NCBI GenBank assembly: GCA_965199825.1
Contig: OZ241329.1
Location: forward strand, 1,446,204-1,510,203
Reading direction: 5' to 3'
From: Bdellovibrionales bacterium
Lineage (GTDB): Bacteria > Bdellovibrionota > Bdellovibrionia > Bdellovibrionales > UBA1609
Length of the DNA: 64,000 bases
The notes below the pieces were generated by a model. It was given only the letters and a program-made list of their open reading frames with translations. It was not told where the DNA came from and searched no databases. The position numbers were made by a program, and so were the translations under genes. Numbering within the stretch: position 1 is the stretch's first letter; the number at the start of each line of letters is the position of its first letter. Below, piece after piece: positions 38,803 to 47,798 of this stretch.

Positions 38803-41151
38803 ATGAAGCTTTCTTATTCGGTTAGAGATTTTGCTCAACCCGTTCCACGTCATGGAAGTATTGATGTTCACTCAGGCCTTGGCCTTGCCAACACTCAAGG
38901 TCAAGCGGTTCATGAGCTCATCCAGAGTGAGCGCTCTTCGGTTTTTTACAAAGCAGAATTTCCGCTGGCGTGGGAATTTAAACGAGAAGAATTTGTTTTT
39001 GCGGTCTCGGGCCGAGCAGACGGTTTGTTTTTATCGCCTCTAAAAATTGAAGAAATCAAAAGCACCTTTGATCTGAAAGGTCTGATCGCTGCTCTTAAAA
39101 GTACCCAATTTCATCCCTACATCTTGCAGCTCGCGGTTTACCAAGATCTTTATCAACGCATTCATGGTCTTAAACCCGAAGCATTTTTGCATTTGGTGTG
39201 TCTGAGAAATGGTGCGCGTGTCGAGATGGATTTACCCCTCGATACTCAACATTATGAAGAGTGGCTTGAGCGACGTCTTGATCAAGCCGTGATCGAAGCA
39301 AGAAAACAAATCAAAATTTCTAAGCGTCGAAGCACAGCCGCCAAAGTGATGAGCTTTCCGTTTGAGACTGTAAGAATGGGGCAGTCTGAATTAATGGCAA
39401 GGGTTGAAGAATCGATTACCAAAAAAATTCCGCTGCTTGTTCAAGCACCAACGGGACTGGGCAAAACCATGGCGGTTTTTTTACCGATGGTCAAAGAAGC
39501 CTTTGGTCGCGGTGAACGGCTGATTTACGTCACACCAAAAAACTCGCAGCATCAAGTGGCCGAAGATGCGGTCGAACGTTTACAAAAAACGGGTGCGAAA
39601 TTTAAATCTTTAACTTTGACTGCCAAAAATAAATTGTGCCTTAAAGAAGAAGTTTTGTGTCGTCCTGATTATTGTGAATATGCCAAGGATCATTTTACCA
39701 AGCTGACCGAAAATAAAGTTGTTGAAGAAGCTTTACGTAAAAAGAAGCTCACAAAAAAAACGTTCCGCTCTCTTGGTTTAAAGCATCAGGTCTGTCCGTT
39801 TGAACTCTCGCTAGATATTTTGAATTTTGTTGATGTGGTTATTGGGGATTATAATTATGTATTTGCACCCTATGGTTGCGTCACTCGACTCACTCCAACC
39901 ACAGCAAGTAAAAAAAGAAAATCAAATCTGATTATTGATGAAGTTCACAATTTGCCTTCGCGCGCCAATGAATATCAGTCAAAATCATTATCCACCAAAA
40001 ACCTAGAAGATCTAAGAGCGCTCGTCGCTCCCGCTTTTTTTTCGCAAGCTTCAATCTTAATTGATAAGATTCAAGGTCAAATCAAAAACACCGGTTCAAG
40101 AGACGGCTTGGTCGAACTTGATCACCAATCTTTTTTTGATCTGCAAGATCAAGTGGGCCATTTACTTTCGCAATATTTAAGAACCGATCTTGAAATCGGC
40201 TCAAAGGATCCGATCATTTCTCTTTCGCGTGAGATTACCGATTGGTGTTTGGCCTTAGAAAATTCATCGGGCCCACATTTTTTTATCACCCGCCGCACTC
40301 AAGGAACCGACGTTATTTTAAAGGTTACCTGTTGTGATGCCTCACTTGTTTTAAAAGAAATTTACAAATTTTTTAGATCTGTGGTTGGATTTTCGGCAAC
40401 CTTAAAACCATTTGAGTACTACGCCAAACTTTGTGGGTTTGATTCGCAAAAGCTCGAGATTGCCGAGTTTAAATCTCCCTTTTCGAAACACCGCCGAAAG
40501 ATTTTGGTGATCCCCCAAATTTCGACCAAGTGGCAAGATCGCGATTCAAATGCCCAAAAGATTGCTCAAGTGATCGCCCGAATTGCAGCGCGAAAAAAAG
40601 GTCATTATTTTGCATTTTTTCCGAGCTACCAATTTTTGTATCAGGTGTCCCGCCTGATTGAATTGCCAGATTTTGAGGTGATTGAGCATCCGCGTGAGGC
40701 CAAAGCCTACTGGGTTAATGATCTGCTCGAAAAATTAAAAACCTCTAGCCGGCCGATATTATTTTGTACGGTTCAGGGGGGAGTCTTTTCGGAAGGTGTG
40801 GATTATCCGGGTGACATGCTGATTGGTGCCTTTGTTGTTGGTCCAGGATTGCCAACATTTGATAGTGAGCGTGAGCAGATGCGCAAATACTTTGAAACCC
40901 AGTACGGCTCAGGCTTTGACTATGCGTACACTTATCCTGCGATGACAAAAGTGGTGCAGTCGGCAGGGCGCGTAATTCGGCGCCCCGAAGATAAAGGTTT
41001 GATTGTTTTATTGGATCGTCGATTTGCCTCGCAAAACTATGTTAAGTCTATGCCAACAGATTGGTTTGAAAACTCGGTGCAAGATTTAATTTCTTCAGAA
41101 ATTATCAAATCGGTGGATGAGTTTTGGCAAAGGATGGATGATGAATCTTGA
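38803..41151 (+). CDS. XPD/DinG-family FeS DNA helicase with N-terminal Cas4/RecB-like nuclease
   Basis: Nuclease: G..H, GRADG, EEIKST, QL..Y. Helicase: APTGLGKT, four FeS cysteines, DEVH, SATL, QSAGRVIR. Confidence 0.9.
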   Translation: MKLSYSVRDFAQPVPRHGSIDVHSGLGLANTQGQAVHELIQSERSSVFYKAEFPLAWEFKREEFVFAVSGRADGLFLSPLKIEEIKSTFDLKGLIAALKSTQFHPYILQLAVYQDLYQRIHGLKPEAFLHLVCLRNGARVEMDLPLDTQHYEEWLERRLDQAVIEARKQIKISKRRSTAAKVMSFPFETVRMGQSELMARVEESITKKIPLLVQAPTGLGKTMAVFLPMVKEAFGRGERLIYVTPKNSQHQVAEDAVERLQKTGAKFKSLTLTAKNKLCLKEEVLCRPDYCEYAKDHFTKLTENKVVEEALRKKKLTKKTFRSLGLKHQVCPFELSLDILNFVDVVIGDYNYVFAPYGCVTRLTPTTASKKRKSNLIIDEVHNLPSRANEYQSKSLSTKNLEDLRALVAPAFFSQASILIDKIQGQIKNTGSRDGLVELDHQSFFDLQDQVGHLLSQYLRTDLEIGSKDPIISLSREITDWCLALENSSGPHFFITRRTQGTDVILKVTCCDASLVLKEIYKFFRSVVGFSATLKPFEYYAKLCGFDSQKLEIAEFKSPFSKHRRKILVIPQISTKWQDRDSNAQKIAQVIARIAARKKGHYFAFFPSYQFLYQVSRLIELPDFEVIEHPREAKAYWVNDLLEKLKTSSRPILFCTVQGGVFSEGVDYPGDMLIGAFVVGPGLPTFDSEREQMRKYFETQYGSGFDYAYTYPAMTKVVQSAGRVIRRPEDKGLIVLLDRRFASQNYVKSMPTDWFENSVQDLISSEIIKSVDEFWQRMDDES

Positions 41152-42634
41152 TTCGCTGCCGGTTGTTTTTATGGATTGCCAAACGACCGGTGCGTCACCA
41201 GCAAACGGCGAACTCTTAGAGATTGCGTGGCTTCACGGGACCGCTTTAAATTCGGGTGAGTTGCATTCAGCAATTTTACAGACATCATCTGTTGCTCCTC
41301 GAATCGAGTCGCTGACCGGGATTAGCGATGAACACATGCGCACCCATGGGCAAGATAAACTCGATGTGCTCAAGGATTTTTTAAAATCGATTGAAGGTGA
41401 AAAAAGGCATGCGGTCATTCACTTTTCGCAATTCGAGACCCCATTTTTAAATGAGTGGGCAAATATTTTTCCACTCGAAATTCTTTGTACCTATCAAATT
41501 GCGCGTCGAATTTTGCCTAATTTTCCAACTCGCGGCGTGCGGGGACTTGCGGCTTATTTTGGAATGCCGCTTGAGGCCCTCAAGCGCGCCGAGCATCATG
41601 TGCGCGCCACCGAGCAAATTTGGAAAGGACTTGTTGCAGAATTAAAAACTCAAGGGCTTACCACTTTAGAGGAGCTCCAAAACATATTGAGCTTGCCGGT
41701 TGGCAAAAAATCAAAACGTTTTGATTATCCAATGGAACGCCTCACCCGCCTGAAGCTCCCAGATCTTCCGGGAGTGTACCGTATGAAAAATCAATCGGGC
41801 CGTGTTCTTTACGTGGGCAAGGCGACATCCCTCAAAAGTCGAGTGAACAGCTATTTCAGAAGCAAAAAAAATCGCGATCCGCGTAAAACCGAAATGCTGA
41901 TGCAGGTGCGCGATATCGAGGTCACACCTTGCAAAAGTCCGCTCGAAGCCGCGTTGCTTGAAACCGATGAGATCAAAAGATTTGACCCCCCGTTTAATAT
42001 CAATCTTAAAACGGGGCAGCGCCGCTTACATTTTTTTTCACGTGATTTTAAAAGTGTGAGTGAGGTCCCAACAGATCGACATCCCATAGGTCCGTTTGCA
42101 AGTATCTTGAGTATCAATCAAGTTTTGATATTAAGTATCACCCAAAATGACATTATCAGCTCGCAGATTTTTTTTGATCCCATTGATCAAGATCTGATCC
42201 ATCAAGGGTTTGAAACTTTGGTGCAGCGGTATCAGCTTAAAAATAATTTGTCTGTTCGTCAGTTTATTGCACTTGGTCTTAAACTATTAAAACGAGATCA
42301 AAATATTACGGTTGCTGAACCTGAGGCCGAGGTCGAAGACGCCGAGATCGAACTCACCCCAGACTCCATTGCCGATAAATTTGAGCGACTATTAAAACGA
42401 GTGGCTGGTCAATTTCAAAGGTCGAGAATTTTGACCAAATTATTAAATTCAAATGTTTCGTTTGAATCCTCATCGGGCACTCAACATATTGAAGTGCGGG
42501 GCGGAAAAATCGATCAAACCTGCGCTCAGGGCGGGTGGCAAGGATTGGGAATTGCCGACTATGATCGCATGAGTGTTTTGTTGTCGGAACTCACCAAATG
42601 TCATGGTCATATTTCGCCACAAAATAATCTCTGA
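41138..42634 (+). CDS. DEDD-fold domain fused to UvrC/Cho-type GIY-YIG endonuclease
   Basis: DCQTTG, LEIA, LTGI, then PGVYRM..LYVGKA..RVNSYF, EAALLE, PPFN. Confidence 0.85.
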   Translation: MMNLDSLPVVFMDCQTTGASPANGELLEIAWLHGTALNSGELHSAILQTSSVAPRIESLTGISDEHMRTHGQDKLDVLKDFLKSIEGEKRHAVIHFSQFETPFLNEWANIFPLEILCTYQIARRILPNFPTRGVRGLAAYFGMPLEALKRAEHHVRATEQIWKGLVAELKTQGLTTLEELQNILSLPVGKKSKRFDYPMERLTRLKLPDLPGVYRMKNQSGRVLYVGKATSLKSRVNSYFRSKKNRDPRKTEMLMQVRDIEVTPCKSPLEAALLETDEIKRFDPPFNINLKTGQRRLHFFSRDFKSVSEVPTDRHPIGPFASILSINQVLILSITQNDIISSQIFFDPIDQDLIHQGFETLVQRYQLKNNLSVRQFIALGLKLLKRDQNITVAEPEAEVEDAEIELTPDSIADKFERLLKRVAGQFQRSRILTKLLNSNVSFESSSGTQHIEVRGGKIDQTCAQGGWQGLGIADYDRMSVLLSELTKCHGHISPQNNL

Positions 42635-42701
42635 ATGCCACGAATCCGTTTTGCAAGGTGGTTAAAATCTTGTAAACCATAGTTCACCGAAGGGACAAAA
42701 A

Positions 42702-43040
42702 ATGGATTTTGAGTTTTTATCACAAGCCGATGCAATGACATTACGATTTGAAAAAGCAAAGCGGGCTCTTGAAACAGCGAAGTCAGAATTAGACCAAGCC
42801 AAGAGCGCATTTGAAGATCTTTTAACACAAGCCGATGATCATGGAATTCCAAAAAACAAATTGCGAAAGTTAGCAGAAGAGCGAATTTCTGCACTTTTTG
42901 AAATTGGCATGATCGATGGTATCGAAGCCGCTGCACCGGTAAAAGAAAAGCCAAAGAAAAAAAAGAAAGACAAACAAGCCATGCCCGATATTTTAGAAGA
43001 GGCACCGGCAAAAGAAACTGAAGAGGTTCTCGATGTCTGA
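42702..43040 (+). CDS. Small coiled-coil protein, possibly DNA-binding
   Basis: Coiled coil, A...G...LRKL...R, Lys patch, acidic tail. Confidence 0.65.
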   Translation: MDFEFLSQADAMTLRFEKAKRALETAKSELDQAKSAFEDLLTQADDHGIPKNKLRKLAEERISALFEIGMIDGIEAAAPVKEKPKKKKKDKQAMPDILEEAPAKETEEVLDV

Positions 43041-43275
43041 TGAAATGAAGGCCGAACTCGAGCGTTTAAGAGCCGAAAACGAAGCCTTAAAAAATAAGCC
43101 GGCTCGTGGCCAGCTCTCAATGAAGGTGAGCGAAAAGGGAGCCCTTTCTGTTTATGGAATGGGTCGATTTCCGGTAACACTGTACAAAGAGCAATGGCTA
43201 AAGCTTTTAGGAATTGCTGAAGAGATCAAAAGTTTTATCTCGGCAAACGACGAACGATTAAAAACAAAAGAGTAA
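43033..43275 (+). CDS. Small hypothetical protein (KVSEKG..FPVTLY.EQW)
   Basis: 80-aa ORF overlapping the upstream gene, with a GAGG RBS. Confidence 0.75.
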   Translation: MSDEMKAELERLRAENEALKNKPARGQLSMKVSEKGALSVYGMGRFPVTLYKEQWLKLLGIAEEIKSFISANDERLKTKE

Positions 43276-43341
43276 AAACCTAGACCAGATCCCACACACG
43301 TCTTCGCTTGCGGCATTTTGCAGTTTAAGTAAAATGCAATG

Positions 43342-43698
43342 ATGAAGAATTCGATTCTTATTCATAGCGTAGCAGATGTGGTCAATCGAAAGCCTCTGCT
43401 CACCCAAAGTGTAGAGGTTATCGAAATCGATCAGCAGCGAATGGTTTTTGAGATTCCGCTAACAGTCTTAAGTAAAAATCAAACTCTTCTGGTCGAATGC
43501 GATTTGTTTATCAATGACGAGAAAATTCAATTTCAATTTACCGCCAACATAGAAAATATCGTGAATGATCTCAAACGCCTCCGTTTGATTGTTCACCTTT
43601 CGCAGTATGAAACACGCGTCTGGAAGAGCTTTGTAGAGAACGTGCAATCGCTCCAATTAAAGGTCGATAAAATTTTAAAAGATATTAAGGGTGAATAA
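43342..43698 (+). CDS. Hypothetical beta-rich protein, possibly PilZ-like fold
   Basis: Strand pattern plus C-terminal helix. Overlaps the downstream receiver gene. Confidence 0.5.
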   Translation: MKNSILIHSVADVVNRKPLLTQSVEVIEIDQQRMVFEIPLTVLSKNQTLLVECDLFINDEKIQFQFTANIENIVNDLKRLRLIVHLSQYETRVWKSFVENVQSLQLKVDKILKDIKGE

Positions 43699-45001
43699 AA
43701 TCGTGGCGAACGAAAAAATGGCTGCTTTTTTTGACAATCAAACCTGTTTGATTGTTGAGCCGTCTCAAGCTTTTTTATCCTCTATTCAGTCGTGTATCTC
43801 GAGCCTCGATATGCCAAGCCTCAAAGTGATGGTGGCAAAAAAATGGGAAGATGCTCTTAATTTTGTGCGGACTGAAAAACCCAAAATGCTGATTACCGAA
43901 ACCGATGTGTCGGGCCATCTTGGGCTTGAGCTGATCGAGATTCAGCAGCAGATCTTTGGTGATAACGAGCGTGTGGCCATCGTAATCAGTCACGATTCAA
44001 GTGACTCAATGATTGCCGAGGCTGCTGAAGAGCAGGTGGATGTTTTTTTACTCAAACCTTTTTCTACCGATCAGTTTCGTCAAAAACTGATTGCGAGTTT
44101 AGAAAAAAAAATCACACCCACTCCTTATATGGCCACCATTCGTGAAGCCAAAGAAAAGCAGGCTCAAAAAGATTATGACTCTGCGATCTCGCTTCTTAAC
44201 AAAGCAAAGTTGATGATCGATAAACCAAGTCTTGCTTGCGCTTATTTGGGCAGTATTTATCGACTTAAAGATGATCGCAAATCTGCTCTTAGTGAATTTC
44301 GCCGAGGGCGCACCTTTCACTCTATGCACTACCAATGCATCATCGGCGAGTTTGAGGTCTTAATGGACGAAAAAGATTATGCAAAAGCCTATGAGCTGAT
44401 CCCGGTGATCTCAAAAAACTTTCCTTTGACCCCAAAGCGGCTGGGCCAAGTTTTTATTGCATCGGTTTGTGCCCATCGATTTGAAAATTTGGGTGAACAC
44501 TTTCAGTTGTTCTCAAATCTCGAAAAGCGCTCACCAGAATTGGTCAAGGTTGCGTCAATGGCGCTGATTGCTGGCGGCAAATATTTTTTATCTCAAAAAA
44601 ATCTTTTTAAGGCTGCCGATCTGTTTGAAAAAGCTTTGGCGGTGGCCAGTCGCGAATTTACTTATGTTCAGAATATTGCCAACGAACTCTTAGGTGTCGG
44701 GGCGCGAGAAGAAGCAAAAAGTGTGATTCAAAAAACATTGCAGGCCGACCAAAAAAATCCTGGCTATGACAGACTAAATTTTAAATACGACTTGCTGACT
44801 TTAACGCCGGGTCAATTGATTGATGCCGCTCGCAAACATGGCAACTCGGGCAATGCCGATCAGGAAACCTATGTGGCTGTGATCAAAATTTTGGCTGAAG
44901 CCAAAAAAGAAACCCTTGCCGAAAGTATTATTGTAAAAGCGCTGCAGACCTATCCAGATCTTCGATCGCGGCTCTATGAGATTTTAGCCCAAAACGCCTA
45001 A
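43691..45001 (+). CDS. Atypical receiver domain plus TPR protein
   Basis: CLIVE, LITE, FLLKPF, then TPR-like helices. Confidence 0.78.
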   Translation: MNKIVANEKMAAFFDNQTCLIVEPSQAFLSSIQSCISSLDMPSLKVMVAKKWEDALNFVRTEKPKMLITETDVSGHLGLELIEIQQQIFGDNERVAIVISHDSSDSMIAEAAEEQVDVFLLKPFSTDQFRQKLIASLEKKITPTPYMATIREAKEKQAQKDYDSAISLLNKAKLMIDKPSLACAYLGSIYRLKDDRKSALSEFRRGRTFHSMHYQCIIGEFEVLMDEKDYAKAYELIPVISKNFPLTPKRLGQVFIASVCAHRFENLGEHFQLFSNLEKRSPELVKVASMALIAGGKYFLSQKNLFKAADLFEKALAVASREFTYVQNIANELLGVGAREEAKSVIQKTLQADQKNPGYDRLNFKYDLLTLTPGQLIDAARKHGNSGNADQETYVAVIKILAEAKKETLAESIIVKALQTYPDLRSRLYEILAQNA

Positions 45002-45008
45002 TGACTTG

Positions 45009-45034
45009 AGCGATCGCTAAAAAAAGCGATCGCT
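45009..45034. terminator. Hairpin between convergent genes
   Basis: AGCGATCGCT-AAAAAA-AGCGATCGCT; each arm is itself palindromic. Confidence 0.5.
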
Positions 45035-45050
45035 ATCGAAATTATTTTTG

Positions 45051-45425
45051 TTAGCGAACTGTGATGTGAACTGTTTTGCTCATCTCTGGTCCATAGGAGC
45101 GATGGGCCCCATCGGCAAATTGCAAAGTTAAGGTGTGTGCGCCCTTTGGTAAGGTGAGAGTTGTTTCGGTTTGGCCTTTACCGAAATGCAAGTGGGTGGC
45201 ATCGGCCGCTACGATTTCACCTTTAGGTGTGGCGGGTTCATCAATCATCAAGTGATGATGACCAGAAGTTTGATCGGTTGCATCTTCACCTGCAGGCCGA
45301 ACTTTAAATCCATCCACTTTCATTTGGACCTTAAAAGGACTTTTCACTTTTTGGCCATCTTTCAGATTTCCAAAATCAACTGTTCCCGCAAACGCAGCTG
45401 CTAAAAATAATAAAAATACCGACAT
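45051..45425 (-). CDS. DUF4399 domain protein
   Basis: SGHHHLMID, HLHFGKGQTE, TLQFADGAH. AAAGGAG RBS. Confidence 0.88.
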   Translation of the reverse strand: MSVFLLFLAAAFAGTVDFGNLKDGQKVKSPFKVQMKVDGFKVRPAGEDATDQTSGHHHLMIDEPATPKGEIVAADATHLHFGKGQTETTLTLPKGAHTLTLQFADGAHRSYGPEMSKTVHITVR

Positions 45426-45533
45426 CGTTACTCCTTTGATAAAATTAAGACTTAAGTCCCATTTAAACATGGGCTATGCCTTGTCACCAGATATCAAGCT
45501 CACGCACAATAAAGCAAATAGGGAGTGCAGCAG

Positions 45534-45911
45534 ATGAAATTACGAAGAATTTTAGAATTGATTTTGGGGTTGATCTTTTTTGTGTTTGGTTTAAACGGCT
45601 TTTTTCATTTTCTGCCTCAACCTCCGTTGCCCGATACCGCAATGCCTTTTCTACAGGGTTTGATGAGTGCGAGTTATTTTTTTCCATTTATGAAAACAAT
45701 TGAAACGATTTGTGGCTTTTTATTTCTCACCGGATTCTATGTGCCTCTTGCACTTATTGTTTTGGCGCCGATTACTCTCAACATTTTTTTATTTCATATT
45801 ATGCTCGCACCCGGCGGCTCACCCATGGCTATAGGAATTGCGGCGGTCCATGTGGCGCTCGGTTACCTTTACCGCGACACCTATCTCCCATTATTTAGGG
45901 CAAAACACTAA
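45534..45911 (+). CDS. DoxX-like membrane protein
   Basis: LGLIFFVFGLNGF, PLAL..LAPI..NI.LFH. Confidence 0.8.
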   Translation: MKLRRILELILGLIFFVFGLNGFFHFLPQPPLPDTAMPFLQGLMSASYFFPFMKTIETICGFLFLTGFYVPLALIVLAPITLNIFLFHIMLAPGGSPMAIGIAAVHVALGYLYRDTYLPLFRAKH

Positions 45912-46531
45912 TGCTTGAGCTTCCCCAAAGTTTTACCGGATCAACCCAATTAGATTCATCTGAAGGTTTTTTAAAAGGAGCCTTTTTATTTCGTGATGTG
46001 CCCAACGTCACAAGTAGTTTTAACTTAAATCAAAAAGGTTTGGAAATTCGTTGTAGCTCGAAACCCCCAGAGACCGAGGGGCCCAAATTTTTTGATCGAT
46101 TGATTCGTGCGGTAGTTCCTAAAAAAGAAGTGGCGCAGCCCGCGATTATTTTAAAATTGCAATCCACCCGCTTGGCCCAAGCCTTTCGGGAGCAAGATCA
46201 GGTTCATATTTATTCCTCAGATAACAAATTAGGAATCGCCTGCATCAGACAAAATCAATTGGCTTTTGCACTCGGAGACTTAAGTGAGCTTTTGCCTCTT
46301 AAAGGGGCTGCAAATTTGGTTTTTGAAAATATGAGCGAAGATTTTGTTCTTCGCACTTCATTAAAACCTTTGAACCTTAAAGCGGGGCGGGTTGTTCCGG
46401 TTGGATACTACAACGTCGCCCTTTTGTCGGAACAGCCTTTTGTTACCATCGTTCGCAGTGGGATTAGCCTAACGATGGATGATCTCAAACATCTTCAACG
46501 CGAGTGGACCCTTCAACGCGAAAAACTTTAA
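45911..46531 (+). CDS. Hypothetical protein
   Basis: 206-aa ORF coupled to the upstream gene (TAATG). Confidence 0.6.
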   Translation: MLELPQSFTGSTQLDSSEGFLKGAFLFRDVPNVTSSFNLNQKGLEIRCSSKPPETEGPKFFDRLIRAVVPKKEVAQPAIILKLQSTRLAQAFREQDQVHIYSSDNKLGIACIRQNQLAFALGDLSELLPLKGAANLVFENMSEDFVLRTSLKPLNLKAGRVVPVGYYNVALLSEQPFVTIVRSGISLTMDDLKHLQREWTLQREKL

Positions 46532-46827
46532 GCCGCTTTTTTGATATTGATATTTAAGAGCCCGATTTGGCCAAGTTTCTTTTTGGCAAGCGGCCAAAAA
46601 ACTTCGCGAATCTGAATCTCATCTGGCTTTAACTTGAGTTTACCAAAATTTTCGAGCTCAAATGCGCTGATGAATTCGGCTTCTGCAGAGCCTTTAGCAA
46701 GCTTCAATAGCAATCGAAATTGGACCTCAGAAAAATCGGCAGCAATCATCATTTTTCTTAAAGGTTGCTCAGGCGTGTTTTTTAAATAATCGCACACGCC
46801 AACAATATCATCTTTAGTAATCATCAT
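46528..46827 (-). CDS. Small hypothetical protein
   Basis: AAGGAG RBS and a sigma28-like promoter upstream. Confidence 0.72.
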   Translation of the reverse strand: MMITKDDIVGVCDYLKNTPEQPLRKMMIAADFSEVQFRLLLKLAKGSAEAEFISAFELENFGKLKLKPDEIQIREVFWPLAKKKLGQIGLLNINIKKAA

Positions 46828-46848
46828 GGTTTGACTCCTTATACTGAC

Positions 46849-46876
46849 CTATCGGCTAGTCGAGTCGAGGGCTTAA
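46849..46876 (-). promoter_or_regulatory. Putative sigma28 (FliA) promoter
   Basis: Minus strand reads TTAAG-N15-GCCGATAG. Confidence 0.7.
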
Positions 46877-46885
46877 TGTCTTATT

Positions 46886-47715
46886 TTAGGATTCTGGCAG
46901 TGGAATAAATTCGGTTTCGCCTTCAGGGAGTCGAAATTCACCCGATTTCCAGGATTTTTTGGCAGCTTCGATCAATTCTTGATTGGTAGAAACAAAATTC
47001 CAAAAAATTGTCCTGGGCTGAGACAGCGGCGGGCCGCCGATCATCATCATTCGGGTCTGTTGATCTCCTGCTCTGAGTTGAATTTTTTCGCCAGGCGAAA
47101 ACACCGCAAGTTGGTCGGGTGTGATTTTTTGTTCTAAGGTCGAAACCTCGCCATCGATCACATATATCCCATATTCAAAACTTGGATCTTGATCAAAAAC
47201 AAATTCGCTTTGGGGCGAAATAAGGGCATCTAAAAAATCATTTCACTGTGGACCGCAACCGGAGATTGATGCCCAAAAGCTTGGCCCACAAGGAGTCTAA
47301 TTTGTAATTGCGAATTTTTAAATTGTGGAAGTATATCAGCAGCATAGTGAGTAAATTTGGGATCGATGGTTTCAGATTCCTGCGGCAGAGCCACCCACAG
47401 TTGAAGCCCATGCAAATCGGTCAATTCTGAGCGCTCTGAGTGGCAAATGCCCTTGCCTGCGGTCATCCAATTGATCGCACCAGGTCGAATATTTAAATTG
47501 TTACCCAAATTATCGCGATGAGTGATTTCGCCACTAAACAAATAAGTTACCGTAGCGAGCCCAATATGGGGATGAGGGCGAACGGCCATCTGAACTTTGG
47601 CTGGTCCCATATGATCGAAAAAAACAAAGGGTCCCACTGATCTTAAGCTGGAAGGCAGACTGCGACGAACAACAAATTCACCAAGGTCTCGAGAAAATGG
47701 CTGAATGACTTTCAT
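46886..47715 (-). pseudogene. Pirin family gene split by a 1-nt frameshift (or sequencing error)
   Basis: The N-half has PHPHIG, WMTAGKGI.HSE and LQLWVALP. The C-half has GG.PL..R.I.WNFVS. One extra base in the A6 run at 47232-47237 joins them. Confidence 0.88.
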
Positions 47716-47798
47716 AACAACACTAAAGCTGAAGTTCTAGAGGCGCGGCAAGAGAAAGTGTGTTACGTAAGGGTTCTTCTATTTACCAAAGGATCATT

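Noticed and set aside
38803-39300. Cas4-like domain as evidence of a CRISPR-Cas system
   Set aside because: No array or other cas genes are in the window, and the domain is fused to an XPD/DinG helicase.
45009-45034. Tandem GCGATCGC as cyanobacterial-type HIP1 enrichment
   Set aside because: It is explained more simply as a terminator hairpin. CGATCG looks fairly frequent, but I cannot establish enrichment without a Markov-corrected k-mer count.
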